From the IMG/VR virus record IMGVR_UViG_3300020056_000007: a stretch of DNA of 64,000 bases; one strand, 5' to 3'. Under the pieces are notes generated by a model. The model was not told the origin of the DNA, searched no databases, and worked only from the letters and a program-made list of their open reading frames with translations. The stretch is from a virus. This document shows positions 27,921 through 38,042 of this stretch, piece by piece. Within the stretch, counting starts at the first letter, position 1; every line of letters starts with the position of its first letter. The position numbers and the translations under genes were made by a program.

Positions 27921-28487
27921 ATGAATATTTTTATCTTACATGACAATCCAATCAAAGCTGCTCAACTTCAATGTGATAAGCATGTCGTAAAAATGATTGT
28001 TGAATCTGCTCAAATGTTATCCACTGCTCATCGTATGCTCGATGGCTATATGGAAAAACGTCCATCTAAATCTGGTAAGCGTATGGTTAACTATTGGGTT
28101 CATCCAAATAAAAATCTAGAAAATACGTTATACAAAGCTGTACATCATGGTCACCCATGTACCAAATGGACTATGGAATCTTTACAAAATTATATCTGGC
28201 ACTATGAACATTTCTATGCTTTATGTGTCGAATATACCTACCGTTATGGTAAAACCCATAGCACAGAAACTTTACTCGGTGAAGTGCTATCTATCCCTCC
28301 AAAGAATATAGATAATAAAGGTTTAACTAAATTTGCTCTTGCAATGAAAAATGAACCACAATGTATTCATGAGGCTGATCCAGTACGATCTTATCATGAA
28401 TACTATCATACTAAACAAGACCGCATGCCAATGATTTGGACCAAGCGGCCAACTCCGGAGTGGTGGAATGCCAACGTATACTGTTAA
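27921..28487 (+). CDS. pyrimidine-dimer DNA glycosylase (DenV)-related protein
   Basis: MNIFIL...DKHVVKMIVESAQMLSTAH...HPCTKW...EYTYRYGKTH. Confidence 0.7.
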   Translation: MNIFILHDNPIKAAQLQCDKHVVKMIVESAQMLSTAHRMLDGYMEKRPSKSGKRMVNYWVHPNKNLENTLYKAVHHGHPCTKWTMESLQNYIWHYEHFYALCVEYTYRYGKTHSTETLLGEVLSIPPKNIDNKGLTKFALAMKNEPQCIHEADPVRSYHEYYHTKQDRMPMIWTKRPTPEWWNANVYC

Positions 28488-28704
28488 AAAAGCTGATTCA
28501 GATAGTGATCATACATGGGAAGTCTTTTGCTCACATAAAGAATTAGTAGATATGTGTGATGAATATGGGTTACAACAAGTATTATCTGCACCAAAAATTG
28601 TAAGTGGGGTTGGTAGTGTACTTAGTAAAACCGATAATGGTTGGAAAGATCATTTAAAAAATATTAAGCAAAATTCTGGAAAAGGCAATACTATTAAAGT
28701 ATGA
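28468..28704 (+). CDS. FmdB-like small protein
   Basis: MPTY start; typical position before phoH. Confidence 0.6.
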   Translation: MPTYTVKKADSDSDHTWEVFCSHKELVDMCDEYGLQQVLSAPKIVSGVGSVLSKTDNGWKDHLKNIKQNSGKGNTIKV

Positions 28705-29399
28705 CTAAAAAAAATAATTCAATGGTTGTAAGGGCGGATGATCTATATACATATGAGCCCTTAACTCCTAATCAAAAGAAAGCCTTTGATGCTTGGGATG
28801 AAGGAGATAATTTAGTTTTATCAGGATCAGCCGGAACTGGTAAAACGTTTATGGCAATGTATTTAGGAATGGAGAGTGTTCTTGATAGACAAGAATCACA
28901 AAACAAATTAATAATAATTAGATCTATGGTTCCTACTAGGGAAATTGGTTTCTTACCTGGATCTAAAGAAGAAAAAGAAGCCGCATATATTTCTCCATAT
29001 CGATTAATTTGCGATGAGCTTTTTAATGAGAAGAATGCTTATGGTAAATTAACCAGCTATAAACAATTGGAGTTTCATTCAACTTCTCATATAAGGGGCA
29101 TCACAATTGATGATGCTGTGGTGATTATAGATGAAATGCAAAATCTTACATTTCATGAACTCGATTCTGTCATCACACGAATCGGAAGGAACTGTAGAGT
29201 CATATTTTCTGGAGACTATCTTCAAACCGATTTTAAACGAGATGATGATAGAAGCGGGTTGTTTAAATTCATGGCCATTGTTGAGCGTTTAAAAGATTTT
29301 ACAATGGTAGATTTCAATTGGGAAGATATTGTCAGATCTGATTTTGTAAGAGATTATATTATGACAAAAGAAATGCTTGGAATATCAAACGATGGTTGA
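28701..29399 (+). CDS. phoH: PhoH-family ATPase
   Basis: GSAGTGKT, IGFLPG, DEMQN, GDYLQTD, DIVRS. Confidence 0.95.
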   Translation: MTKKNNSMVVRADDLYTYEPLTPNQKKAFDAWDEGDNLVLSGSAGTGKTFMAMYLGMESVLDRQESQNKLIIIRSMVPTREIGFLPGSKEEKEAAYISPYRLICDELFNEKNAYGKLTSYKQLEFHSTSHIRGITIDDAVVIIDEMQNLTFHELDSVITRIGRNCRVIFSGDYLQTDFKRDDDRSGLFKFMAIVERLKDFTMVDFNWEDIVRSDFVRDYIMTKEMLGISNDG

Positions 29400-29985
29400 A
29401 GTTAGAGCAAAAGCAGAATTTCCTGGATTTAAAATGGAAATTAAAACTCATGAATTTTATTTGCGTGAAGATTTAATTGATGATATTAGAAATTATGTTA
29501 TAGGTGTTAATTGGGATGAATGGGATAGCTATAATTTATTTGATAATCCAGAAAATTGTATTAAAAAATTAGCTGAAGTTTTACATAATGAAGTTTCTCA
29601 ATTTAATCATTACGCAGAAAAAAGATACGATCTTTGGATTAATGGTTGGATAAATATTTTACATAAAAATGATAGTATAAAACCTCATTGGCATAGTGCT
29701 GAAAAACAATCTTACTATTCATGTAATATTTGCCTTGATAATTATGAAAGCAAAACTATTTTTTATCCTCCCTGGGGAGATCGTAATGGCCATATTATAG
29801 AACAAAAAAATACAAAAGGCGCAGGAATGTTTTTCCCTCCATGGCTATGGCATGAAGTTCCACCGATTAGTGATCCAATTAGATATACCATAGGATTAGA
29901 CATCCATACTGATAAGTGTATGGAAAATCATGATAAAAATGCTCCAATAGCTAGAAGTAGAAGGCTACATGAAGTATATTCATAA
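29377..29985 (+). CDS. 2OG-Fe(II) oxygenase
   Basis: WINI...PHWH...FFPPWLWHEV...RYTIG. Confidence 0.8.
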   Translation: MEYQTMVEVRAKAEFPGFKMEIKTHEFYLREDLIDDIRNYVIGVNWDEWDSYNLFDNPENCIKKLAEVLHNEVSQFNHYAEKRYDLWINGWINILHKNDSIKPHWHSAEKQSYYSCNICLDNYESKTIFYPPWGDRNGHIIEQKNTKGAGMFFPPWLWHEVPPISDPIRYTIGLDIHTDKCMENHDKNAPIARSRRLHEVYS

Positions 29986-30802
29986 TTGGCAAGAAATTAT
30001 AGATTTAAATGAAACTAATTTACCATTAACAATTGGTGGCTATCCAAGAAGTGGTACAACTTTTTCTTATAGATCTTTATATAATTTTTTTAAAGATAAG
30101 ATGTTTCTGGAACAATATTTTAATACGGAATACCAATATAGACAAAGTACTAAAGAATTGTTTATTGATATTGCTGCTACAAAAGCTAAAAAAAGTGGTT
30201 TAACTGGTATAGAATCAATGAAACATAATAAGCCAATTAGTTCTTTGAAAAAATATAGATATTATCATTATTTAGAAAATTATGAAAACTGGGATAAAGC
30301 ATTTATTAAATCAATAACATTTGATTTGCATGATTTATTAGTAGAAGATCCAAAAGCTTATTATAATTTTTTGAAAAGTCATTGGTGGTTATATACAATT
30401 AGAAAAGATTGGTTTAACATGATCTTAAGTAATTTATATGGAGAGCATTTTAAGAAATTTCATTATTATGATGATGAACCATTAAAAACAGATCCGTTTG
30501 AACAAAACATAGACGATTTAAAATTTTATAAAAAACAATTTACAAATTTAATGCATATCATGAAAAATTCTAAAGGTTACTTAATGTATACAGAAGATAT
30601 TTCTCATCTAAATATTGAGCATCCATTAGTTCGTTTACCAAGGTATGATGAAAATAAATCTGAATTATTTAAATCTGTATTTTTAAATTATGATGAATTA
30701 TATGATTCAGCTTATAAAATGGCAAAAGAAGTAGAAAGTGAAACTAATGAATTTTTTAAATTTACTAAAAAAGAAGTGATAGTTAATGGAATTTATACAT
30801 GA
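29969..30802 (+). CDS. sulfotransferase-like protein
   Basis: GGYPRSGTT PSB loop; IRKDWFNMILS. Confidence 0.65.
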   Translation: MKYIHNWQEIIDLNETNLPLTIGGYPRSGTTFSYRSLYNFFKDKMFLEQYFNTEYQYRQSTKELFIDIAATKAKKSGLTGIESMKHNKPISSLKKYRYYHYLENYENWDKAFIKSITFDLHDLLVEDPKAYYNFLKSHWWLYTIRKDWFNMILSNLYGEHFKKFHYYDDEPLKTDPFEQNIDDLKFYKKQFTNLMHIMKNSKGYLMYTEDISHLNIEHPLVRLPRYDENKSELFKSVFLNYDELYDSAYKMAKEVESETNEFFKFTKKEVIVNGIYT

Positions 30803-31451
30803 AAAAGTTGATCTTGGATATGATGACTTGGACGCTGAAACATTACCTAGTGGTAGAGTCTATCACACTCCTGACGGTGATTACCCTAGCGTCACTACGG
30901 TTCTCTCTATCTTAAGTGAAGAAGCCATTGCTAAATGGCGTAAACGAGTTGGAGAAGAAGAGGCAAACCGTGTTGGAGGTAGGGCTGCAGCTCGTGGTAC
31001 TCAGGTTCATGCAATAATAGAAAGGTATCTTAAAAATGAAGACACAACAGATTATCTCCCACATATTAGACAAAGCCTTGAAAACGTCAGGCCAATTCTT
31101 GATAGATCTATCGGAAAAATCTTTCACCTCGAAGCTCCTCTTTATAGTCGGCATCTTGGTCTTGCTGGTCGCGTTGATTGTGTAGCTGAATTTGATGGTG
31201 TTCCATCAATCGTTGATTTTAAGACTAGTAAACGAGTAAAGAAAAAAGAAAGCATTTCAAACTATTTTTGCCAAATGGCTGCTTATGCTATTATGTGGGA
31301 AGAAAGAACTGGAATGCCAATTGTCAATACCATAATTGTTATGGACGTTGACGATAATGAACCTCTTGTATTTAAAGAACACCGTGATAATTGGACAAAT
31401 ATGCTAACAGATACAATTAAAGAGTATAGAAGACGTAAATTATTTCACTAA
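30786..31451 (+). CDS. PD-(D/E)xK exonuclease (Cas4/RecB-like)
   Basis: YPSVTTVL, RGTQVH, AGRVDC, DFKTS, QMAAY. Confidence 0.9.
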   Translation: MEFIHEKVDLGYDDLDAETLPSGRVYHTPDGDYPSVTTVLSILSEEAIAKWRKRVGEEEANRVGGRAAARGTQVHAIIERYLKNEDTTDYLPHIRQSLENVRPILDRSIGKIFHLEAPLYSRHLGLAGRVDCVAEFDGVPSIVDFKTSKRVKKKESISNYFCQMAAYAIMWEERTGMPIVNTIIVMDVDDNEPLVFKEHRDNWTNMLTDTIKEYRRRKLFH

Positions 31452-31466
31452 AAGTGAAAAAAGTCC

Positions 31467-31495
31467 TTTACATTTCCTCAAAACTGTGGTAGAAT
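31467..31495 (+). promoter_or_regulatory. T4-type early promoter
   Basis: TTTACA-17-(TGTGG)TAGAAT. Confidence 0.85.
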
Positions 31496-31523
31496 TAAAC
31501 ATGATTAAAAAAGAGGAAAAAAT

Positions 31524-32048
31524 ATGAATACAATTTATTTAGATATGGACGGGGTAATTGCTGATTTTTTCGGTGGCCTTGAAAAATTCTATGGTGTAGA
31601 CCATTGGAAAATGCTTAAAGATGAATCAATCTTAGGATTAAAAGGTACTGATTTTTTCAATATTTTAGAACCATTTGAAACATCAGGATCATTAATAGAT
31701 TATGTAAGAAATATTCCTGGATGGAATTATGGCATTTGCTCTTCTCCTTTAAGAGATGATCATTATAATTCAGGATACTGGAAAAGAGTATGGTTAACTG
31801 ATAGATCATGGTTACCTCAAATTGATAAATTAATCTTTACAACGAGAAAACATAGATATGCTGTAAATAGATTAGACGGCAGTCCTAATATTCTCATTGA
31901 TGATAAGCCTACAAACATTAAGGCTTGGAATGAAGCTGGTGGTATTGGTATTCGCTACCAAGCTAATGAAGATGATTTAGAAGAATACTTATATGTTAAA
32001 TTGGAGGAAGCTTTTGAGTCTGTTCGAAATTTTAAATATTCGATATAA
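31524..32048 (+). CDS. HAD 5'(3')-deoxyribonucleotidase-like
   Basis: LDMDGVIADF, ILIDD. Confidence 0.88.
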   Translation: MNTIYLDMDGVIADFFGGLEKFYGVDHWKMLKDESILGLKGTDFFNILEPFETSGSLIDYVRNIPGWNYGICSSPLRDDHYNSGYWKRVWLTDRSWLPQIDKLIFTTRKHRYAVNRLDGSPNILIDDKPTNIKAWNEAGGIGIRYQANEDDLEEYLYVKLEEAFESVRNFKYSI

Positions 32049-32238
32049 CTATGAAGAGGCAGTGAAGAAGTTTTCATTGCCTTCTTATGATTCTGATATA
32101 AATAGTGTTGAATGGTTTTTAGAATTTGGTCATAAATCGAACTCACTTCGTAATGGTTATGGCGATGCTGTGAAGTACGCACAACTAATTAAGGAGTATG
32201 CCGATGGCACCTGCAAAGAAGTTAAGCCCAGACTCTAG
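31993..32238 (+). CDS. hypothetical protein (start uncertain)
   Basis: Fills gap between genes. Confidence 0.5.
   Translation: MLNWRKLLSLFEILNIRYNYEEAVKKFSLPSYDSDINSVEWFLEFGHKSNSLRNGYGDAVKYAQLIKEYADGTCKEVKPRL
32097..32104 (+). promoter_or_regulatory. late promoter TATAAATA
   Basis: Consensus upstream of 32198 and the glycosyltransferase operon. Confidence 0.6.
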
Positions 32239-32587
32239 ATGGGCCCATTTAGATAGAGATGGTGATGGTGTAATTACCGATGAAGAAATTGCTATGGAAG
32301 AGCGCATGATTGAATTAGAAGATCTACGATCCGATATGGAAAATGAAGATAAAAAACAAGATGCTCAAAGAAACATGGCATGGTTTGCTTTATTTGGAAT
32401 GTTATTATATCCATTTTCAGTAGTATTAGCAATATGGCTAGGATTAGAACAAGCTGGTAAAATTCTTGGAGATATGGCAGCAGTATATTTTGTTTCTGTT
32501 GCAGCCATTGTTGCAGCATTCTATGGAAAAGAAGCCATTGCACAGAAAAACAAACCGGCACCTAAGAAACCTATAGATAATAGGTAA
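32198..32587 (+). CDS. EF-hand plus two-TM membrane protein
   Basis: DRDGDGVITDEE; two hydrophobic helices. Confidence 0.75.
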   Translation: MPMAPAKKLSPDSRWAHLDRDGDGVITDEEIAMEERMIELEDLRSDMENEDKKQDAQRNMAWFALFGMLLYPFSVVLAIWLGLEQAGKILGDMAAVYFVSVAAIVAAFYGKEAIAQKNKPAPKKPIDNR

Positions 32588-32605
32588 ACAATAAAAGGTT
32601 TTGTT

Positions 32606-33394
32606 ATGAAACGTTTGATATATCAAGTGTACGTTGGATCTCGTTCTAAATTATATGATCACTGCACCGCTTCAGTTGCAGATTATTGTAATTATTACAG
32701 TATAGATCATAAGATCCAACGTACTCCAATTCTCCGAATAAAACCAGATGTTTTCTCAACTAATCGTAGTAAAGAGTCATATGAAAAACATGGTGGTTAT
32801 CTCCCAATATTTGAAAAAGAAAATGCATTCCATTATTTTGATGAGTATGACCAAATAGCTATTATTGATTCTGATATTTGGTTTAGACCAGGATGCCCAG
32901 ATGTATTTGATTACCTTGATAGCCAATCTGATTGTGGATTTGTTATGGAAAGACAAATGCCAATTACAGATGCATATAAAGCAAAGATAGCCAATTATTC
33001 AAGAATGCAATATGGTATGCCATCGATCAATAAATTATTTGATTGGAATGCAAGTGGTGCCGATTTCTATAATATGGGAATGATGGTTATGAATAAGAGT
33101 TTTGCTAAATACTTAAACGGTGAGACTCCTAGACAATTTTTAGCTCGTCCCAAATTTAAACCTTTCATTGATGGTATGGGAGCGTGGAAATGGTCTACTG
33201 ATCAAACTCTTTTGAATGTATGGATTAAAGAAGAAGGTATAAAAGTCAAAAATTTAGACTGGAAATGGAATGGACTTTTTACAGGTATACATATGAATAG
33301 AATTAAAGAAGCACATTTTGTTCATTTCTTTTTGAAAGATAAATTGCCAAATAGAGGTGAAGATGTTAAAAAATTAATGGAGTATGTCCAATGA
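32606..33394 (+). CDS. GT-A glycosyltransferase (GT8-like)
   Basis: IIDSDI DxD, YNMGMM, DQTLLN, FVHF. Confidence 0.8.
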   Translation: MKRLIYQVYVGSRSKLYDHCTASVADYCNYYSIDHKIQRTPILRIKPDVFSTNRSKESYEKHGGYLPIFEKENAFHYFDEYDQIAIIDSDIWFRPGCPDVFDYLDSQSDCGFVMERQMPITDAYKAKIANYSRMQYGMPSINKLFDWNASGADFYNMGMMVMNKSFAKYLNGETPRQFLARPKFKPFIDGMGAWKWSTDQTLLNVWIKEEGIKVKNLDWKWNGLFTGIHMNRIKEAHFVHFFLKDKLPNRGEDVKKLMEYVQ

Positions 33395-33963
33395 TGAGAG
33401 GTATTAATACCAACTCTTTAGAAACCGTAAAAAGAATACCTTCGAACAGCATTGGGGTTGAACTTGGTGTATGGATAGGTGATAGTTCAGAAAAGTTTTT
33501 AATGAAAACTAAAAAACTAACACTTGTAGATTCTTGGAGTGTTGAACCATACAAAGAAAGTAATGAAACTTGGGAAAGATATATCAATCGATATAAACAA
33601 ATGGTTGGCGGAGAAACTGAAGAAGATTTTAAAAATTATTATGATAATATTTACGATACAGTAGTTGAAAGATTTTCAACTCGAGTAAATGTTAATATTT
33701 TAAGAATGTCCACTGATTCTTTTTTTGCACAATTAGAAGAACCAGTGGATTGGTTTTATGTAGATGCATCTCATGAAGAAATGGGTGTTTATAAAGATTT
33801 AGTTAATTCATATAATCACTTAAAAAAACATAACGGTGGATATATTTTTGGTGATGATTATGGTAATAAGCCAGGCGTGGTAAAAGGAGTTGATAAGTTT
33901 GTAAAAGACTATAAATTATCAATTAAGAAATTTGCGGTAAATCAATATGAGATAAAGATATGA
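33391..33963 (+). CDS. SAM methyltransferase (Methyltransf_24-like)
   Basis: VELGVWIG, YVDASH, GDDY, GVVKGV. Confidence 0.85.
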   Translation: MMRGINTNSLETVKRIPSNSIGVELGVWIGDSSEKFLMKTKKLTLVDSWSVEPYKESNETWERYINRYKQMVGGETEEDFKNYYDNIYDTVVERFSTRVNVNILRMSTDSFFAQLEEPVDWFYVDASHEEMGVYKDLVNSYNHLKKHNGGYIFGDDYGNKPGVVKGVDKFVKDYKLSIKKFAVNQYEIKI

Positions 33964-34514
33964 AGATTCATAAATACGAAAATTATGAAGATTATGTTGA
34001 AGCTCAAACAGAAGCAAACGTTAGAAAATTACAAGTTGTTTGGGTAAGGCCAGAAACTATACAGTCAATTCATAAATTACAACCATTTGCATCTAAAATT
34101 TTATGTCATGGTACTAGGAATGCTAGAGAACAAACATTGTTTAAGCAATTATATCCTACTGCTGAAATTTTAGGAACTGAAATATCTCATACTGCCACTA
34201 AATTTCCAATGACAATTCAACATGATTTTCATGAGCATCTTGATGGTAAATGGGACATAGTATATACTAATTCATTTGATCATAGTTATGATCCAGAAAA
34301 AGCACTTACAACTTGGAAATCTCAAATTGCTCCAGGAGGATCTCTTTATTTAGAGCATGCATTTGGTGAAGAAGTAAATAGAGCAAGAAGGTCTGATCCT
34401 CTTCAAATAGATGCAGATGAATTATTACAATTAATTGATAAATTAGGAATGAAAACCTCTGATAATTTTATAACAGTAAAACAAGTAAGTAGAGTTTACA
34501 GGATTACATTATGA
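33960..34514 (+). CDS. SAM methyltransferase-like
   Basis: LCHGTRN, DIVYTNSFDH, PGGSLYL. Confidence 0.75.
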   Translation: MKIHKYENYEDYVEAQTEANVRKLQVVWVRPETIQSIHKLQPFASKILCHGTRNAREQTLFKQLYPTAEILGTEISHTATKFPMTIQHDFHEHLDGKWDIVYTNSFDHSYDPEKALTTWKSQIAPGGSLYLEHAFGEEVNRARRSDPLQIDADELLQLIDKLGMKTSDNFITVKQVSRVYRITL

Positions 34515-35182
34515 AATCTTATGTGATATATGTAAAAGGACATAAAGCATCGGAAAAGCAAGCTGAAAAAGCTAGAGCTAGTTGTTATCAATCAGGATTT
34601 GATGTTACAATGATTGAAGGCATAACACCTTCAACGCTTGGCCAATATCCTGATTGGCCAGATGCATTAAATGGCAGGGTAACACATTTTAAACGAGAAA
34701 ATATGTCTACTTATACTCATAAAAAATCTTGCTTTGCTAATCATTATAGATTATGGAAAGAATGTGTCGACATTAATGAACCAATTGCATTTTTAGAACA
34801 TGATGTTGGTAATATTAGAAAATGGTTGCCTGACACTAAATTAAATGAAGTTCTTATATTAAATGCTGAATCTGCTTTTAAACAGCCAGTATTTGATCAT
34901 GTAAGAAATAAACCTTGGCTTAAATTTGGTGTCAATGAATATAATGAAACCCCTCTTAGATATAAATTTAATAATCAATGGCATGGTGGATTAATGATTC
35001 CTGGAACTGGCGCATATGTAGTAACACCAAAAGGTGCTGCAAAATTATTAGAAGCTTTAGAAGATTATGGATGGGAACAAAGTGACTTTTTTATTAATTC
35101 ATTAAATGTAGATATAGATTATATCGTACCTGAATATTTTACATTTAAATCAACAAATCTGAATACATCGCATGGATATTGA
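34511..35182 (+). CDS. glycosyltransferase family 25-like
   Basis: SCFANHYRLW, FLEHD, AYVVTPKGAAKLL. Confidence 0.85.
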   Translation: MKSYVIYVKGHKASEKQAEKARASCYQSGFDVTMIEGITPSTLGQYPDWPDALNGRVTHFKRENMSTYTHKKSCFANHYRLWKECVDINEPIAFLEHDVGNIRKWLPDTKLNEVLILNAESAFKQPVFDHVRNKPWLKFGVNEYNETPLRYKFNNQWHGGLMIPGTGAYVVTPKGAAKLLEALEDYGWEQSDFFINSLNVDIDYIVPEYFTFKSTNLNTSHGY

Positions 35183-35873
35183 AGCTCATATTATAACACT
35201 TTCTAATAATGAAATTTCTCAAAAGGGATCTAAAGCATGTATTGAATCTTCAAAAGCAGTAGGTAATGATTTTGAAGTGAATATGTTTGAAGCTACTCAC
35301 ATGGATAATGTGGGTGTATATATGATTGAACATGATCTTGAATGGAATTATCCGTGGGAAGGATCTGTAATAGACTTTGCAACTGGCTTAACTAAATCAG
35401 CTTATCGTACAACACATCCAAGTGCACGAGTTGCTTGTTCCATAAGCCACTATAGGTTATGGAAGGCGTGTGCACACGGTGCAGCTGCTTATTTGGTGTT
35501 AGAACATGATGCTATTTTTACCGCTAAACTTGATACAAATATTATCGAAAATGACCGTTTTGAGATCATTGGTATCAATAATCCACTGTACGCGACTAGG
35601 AAATCAAGGGATTATGCTTATGCTATAAACAGCGCCAAAAACCATGACATCTTACCAGTCCCTACGGTTGATAAACACGATGTTCCTCAAGGGTTGGCTG
35701 GAAACTCGGCATATATAATTAAACCAAGTGGAGCACAACAGATGCTTAACCTTGTAAAACAATATGGACTTTGGCCAAATGATGCATTAATGTGTAAACA
35801 ACTAGTAAAAGGATTGGGTGTAACTCGTAAATACTATACAAGAGTTCAAGGGTTACCATCAACTACTACATGA
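35172..35873 (+). CDS. glycosyltransferase family 25-like
   Basis: ACSISHYRLW, VLEHDA, AYIIKPSGA. Confidence 0.85.
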   Translation: MDIEAHIITLSNNEISQKGSKACIESSKAVGNDFEVNMFEATHMDNVGVYMIEHDLEWNYPWEGSVIDFATGLTKSAYRTTHPSARVACSISHYRLWKACAHGAAAYLVLEHDAIFTAKLDTNIIENDRFEIIGINNPLYATRKSRDYAYAINSAKNHDILPVPTVDKHDVPQGLAGNSAYIIKPSGAQQMLNLVKQYGLWPNDALMCKQLVKGLGVTRKYYTRVQGLPSTTT

Positions 35874-36088
35874 AACCAAACACTAAATTTGAATTATCAA
35901 TTAGGGATATTGAAATCATAGAAGTTGCTTTAAGAGCAAAAGCTGGCCGTAGAGGTATTGCTATTGCTACTGGTTCATCCTCAAAAGAATTTAAAAAAGA
36001 AATGCATGAAATCCAAGATTTACTTGGTAGAATTCATAATCAAAAGCATTGGTTTCGTCCCAAAGATAAAACATATGTAGGTGGATAA
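35870..36088 (+). CDS. hypothetical protein
   Basis: Coupled ORF. Confidence 0.7.
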   Translation: MKPNTKFELSIRDIEIIEVALRAKAGRRGIAIATGSSSKEFKKEMHEIQDLLGRIHNQKHWFRPKDKTYVGG

Positions 36089-36735
36089 TGTTAAAAAATT
36101 ATGTAATCACAATAAAAGATAATGATAAATCAGTTGCAGCTGCAGAAAGATGTATTCAATCTGGATACCAAAATGGTATGAACATTAAAATGTTTTCTGC
36201 TATTACGCCAAAAGATAAACCTAGTGTTCTTATGGCGGAAGAAGGAATTCCTACAAAAAATTTCGATGAAAAATATTCACGTACCGAAAATTGTATGGCA
36301 GCATTCATGTCTCATTATTATTTATGGAAAGAGTGTCAAGAATCTAATGTGCCTATAACTATATTTGAACATGATGCAGTGATCGTAAATAGTATACCAA
36401 CTGATATGCGATTTAAAACTGCTGTAAATCTTGGAGCTCCATCTTATGGAAAATTTATTACTCCATCTTTTTTAGGCGTAGGTAAACTTACATCTAAACA
36501 TTATTTTCCTGGTGCACATGCGTATAGAATAAGTCCAAGCGGCGCTACTGAATTAATAAATGTAGCAAAAAAAGATGCGGGCCCAACAGATGTATTTCTT
36601 CATATTTTAAGATTTCCAGATTTGGAAGAAAGATATCCTTGGCCAGTAGAGTGTAAAGATTCATTTACAACAATTCAAAATGAAACGGGATGCTTAGCTA
36701 AACATAATTACAATGCACAATACGAAATTATCTAA
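36088..36735 (+). CDS. glycosyltransferase family 25-like
   Basis: FMSHYYLW, IFEHDA, AYRISPSGA. Confidence 0.85.
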   Translation: MLKNYVITIKDNDKSVAAAERCIQSGYQNGMNIKMFSAITPKDKPSVLMAEEGIPTKNFDEKYSRTENCMAAFMSHYYLWKECQESNVPITIFEHDAVIVNSIPTDMRFKTAVNLGAPSYGKFITPSFLGVGKLTSKHYFPGAHAYRISPSGATELINVAKKDAGPTDVFLHILRFPDLEERYPWPVECKDSFTTIQNETGCLAKHNYNAQYEII

Positions 36736-37321
36736 ATTATTCATTACTGGTTGTGATTCTAAAACTAGATGGCAACTCCCTTGGTTTCAAGAAAACTTTA
36801 AAAAGCATAATCCAGATGCTACATTATATGTTTATGATTTTGATACAGATTTTCCTGAAGAAGCTGGTTGGTTTAAAAAACCGTCTGCAATGATTAACGC
36901 TTCTAAAAAAGCTGATAATATATGTTGGCTTGATACTGATTGTCAAGTATTACAAAATCTTGATGAAATTTGGAATCATATAGAACCCAATAAAATAACG
37001 ATGGCCCAAGATATGCCATGGACTACAAGATCAGGTGAAACTTGGCATAACTCTGGTGTAGTTTTATTTAATGATATACCAAGAATATTATGGATATGGA
37101 AATCTTTAATAAAAAATCAAGCCGTTCAAGGTGATCAAGAAACTTTACATATGTATTTAAAAGATGGCTTAAATAGAATGATACATATTAATGATTTACC
37201 AAGAAGATTTAATGTTTTAAGGATTGATCATTTAGATAATACAGTTCCAAAAAATCCAGCAATTTTTCATTGGACAGGTTATAAAGGAAATTTAAAAATA
37301 AAGGAAATGATAAATGGCTAG
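36713..37321 (+). CDS. GT-A nucleotide-diphospho-sugar transferase
   Basis: WLDTDC, NSGVV, GDQETL, IFHWTG. Confidence 0.8.
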   Translation: MHNTKLSKLFITGCDSKTRWQLPWFQENFKKHNPDATLYVYDFDTDFPEEAGWFKKPSAMINASKKADNICWLDTDCQVLQNLDEIWNHIEPNKITMAQDMPWTTRSGETWHNSGVVLFNDIPRILWIWKSLIKNQAVQGDQETLHMYLKDGLNRMIHINDLPRRFNVLRIDHLDNTVPKNPAIFHWTGYKGNLKIKEMING

Positions 37322-37961
37322 AGTAGTACAAGTTATAGGAAATGGTGATTGGGCTCATTTATATCAAAGAGAACCCCGTAAAGGTTTAAAACTTACATGT
37401 AATTTACCTCCATTTCCAGTTCCTGGAAATTATGCTACATGCATTGTAGATTTTAAATTTATGAAAGCTTTAACAGAAGGAATTATTGATGTACCTGGAG
37501 ATTGGATATTAGGATTTAGGCCAAAAATTTGGATGGATAAACATCCAAAATTTTATGTAGATAGAGCTAAGCAAGTTAAAGAGTTCTATACAGAATTACC
37601 AAAATATGCTATTCCTCCTGGTGGAAAAATAGGTCTTGGATATACTAATTTTAGTTGTGGTCATATGGCAGTTCATTATGCAGCAAATAAATTAAAAGCA
37701 GATGAAATCCATATGTGGGGATTTGATTCTATATTTGATTTTAATTTAAATAGTTGTTCTGATTTTTACTTATCTTCTGTTAGAGATCCTCAACAAAATA
37801 ATAAATTATCAAGTAATTGGAGACCTCTATATTCTAATATGTTTAAAGATTTTAGTAATACCAAGTTTGTTATTCATCATATACATAATAAATTTAAAAT
37901 ACCTCACGTTCCAGATAACGTAGAAGCTTGTGTTCACGAACAAAAAGTGAAAAAAATGTAA
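37314..37961 (+). CDS. GT29/Maf-like transferase-related protein
   Basis: VIGNG...SCGHMA...IHMWGFD motifs. Confidence 0.5.
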   Translation: MARVVQVIGNGDWAHLYQREPRKGLKLTCNLPPFPVPGNYATCIVDFKFMKALTEGIIDVPGDWILGFRPKIWMDKHPKFYVDRAKQVKEFYTELPKYAIPPGGKIGLGYTNFSCGHMAVHYAANKLKADEIHMWGFDSIFDFNLNSCSDFYLSSVRDPQQNNKLSSNWRPLYSNMFKDFSNTKFVIHHIHNKFKIPHVPDNVEACVHEQKVKKM

Positions 37962-37988
37962 AAAAATGCATTTTAATGAAAAAAACGG

Positions 37989-38017
37989 TGTACATTTCCT
38001 CAAAACTGTGGTAGAAT
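37989..38017 (+). promoter_or_regulatory. T4-type early promoter
   Basis: TGTACA-17-(TGTGG)TAGAAT. Confidence 0.85.
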
Positions 38018-38042
38018 ATATCTATAATCAAAAAAGAGGAGA

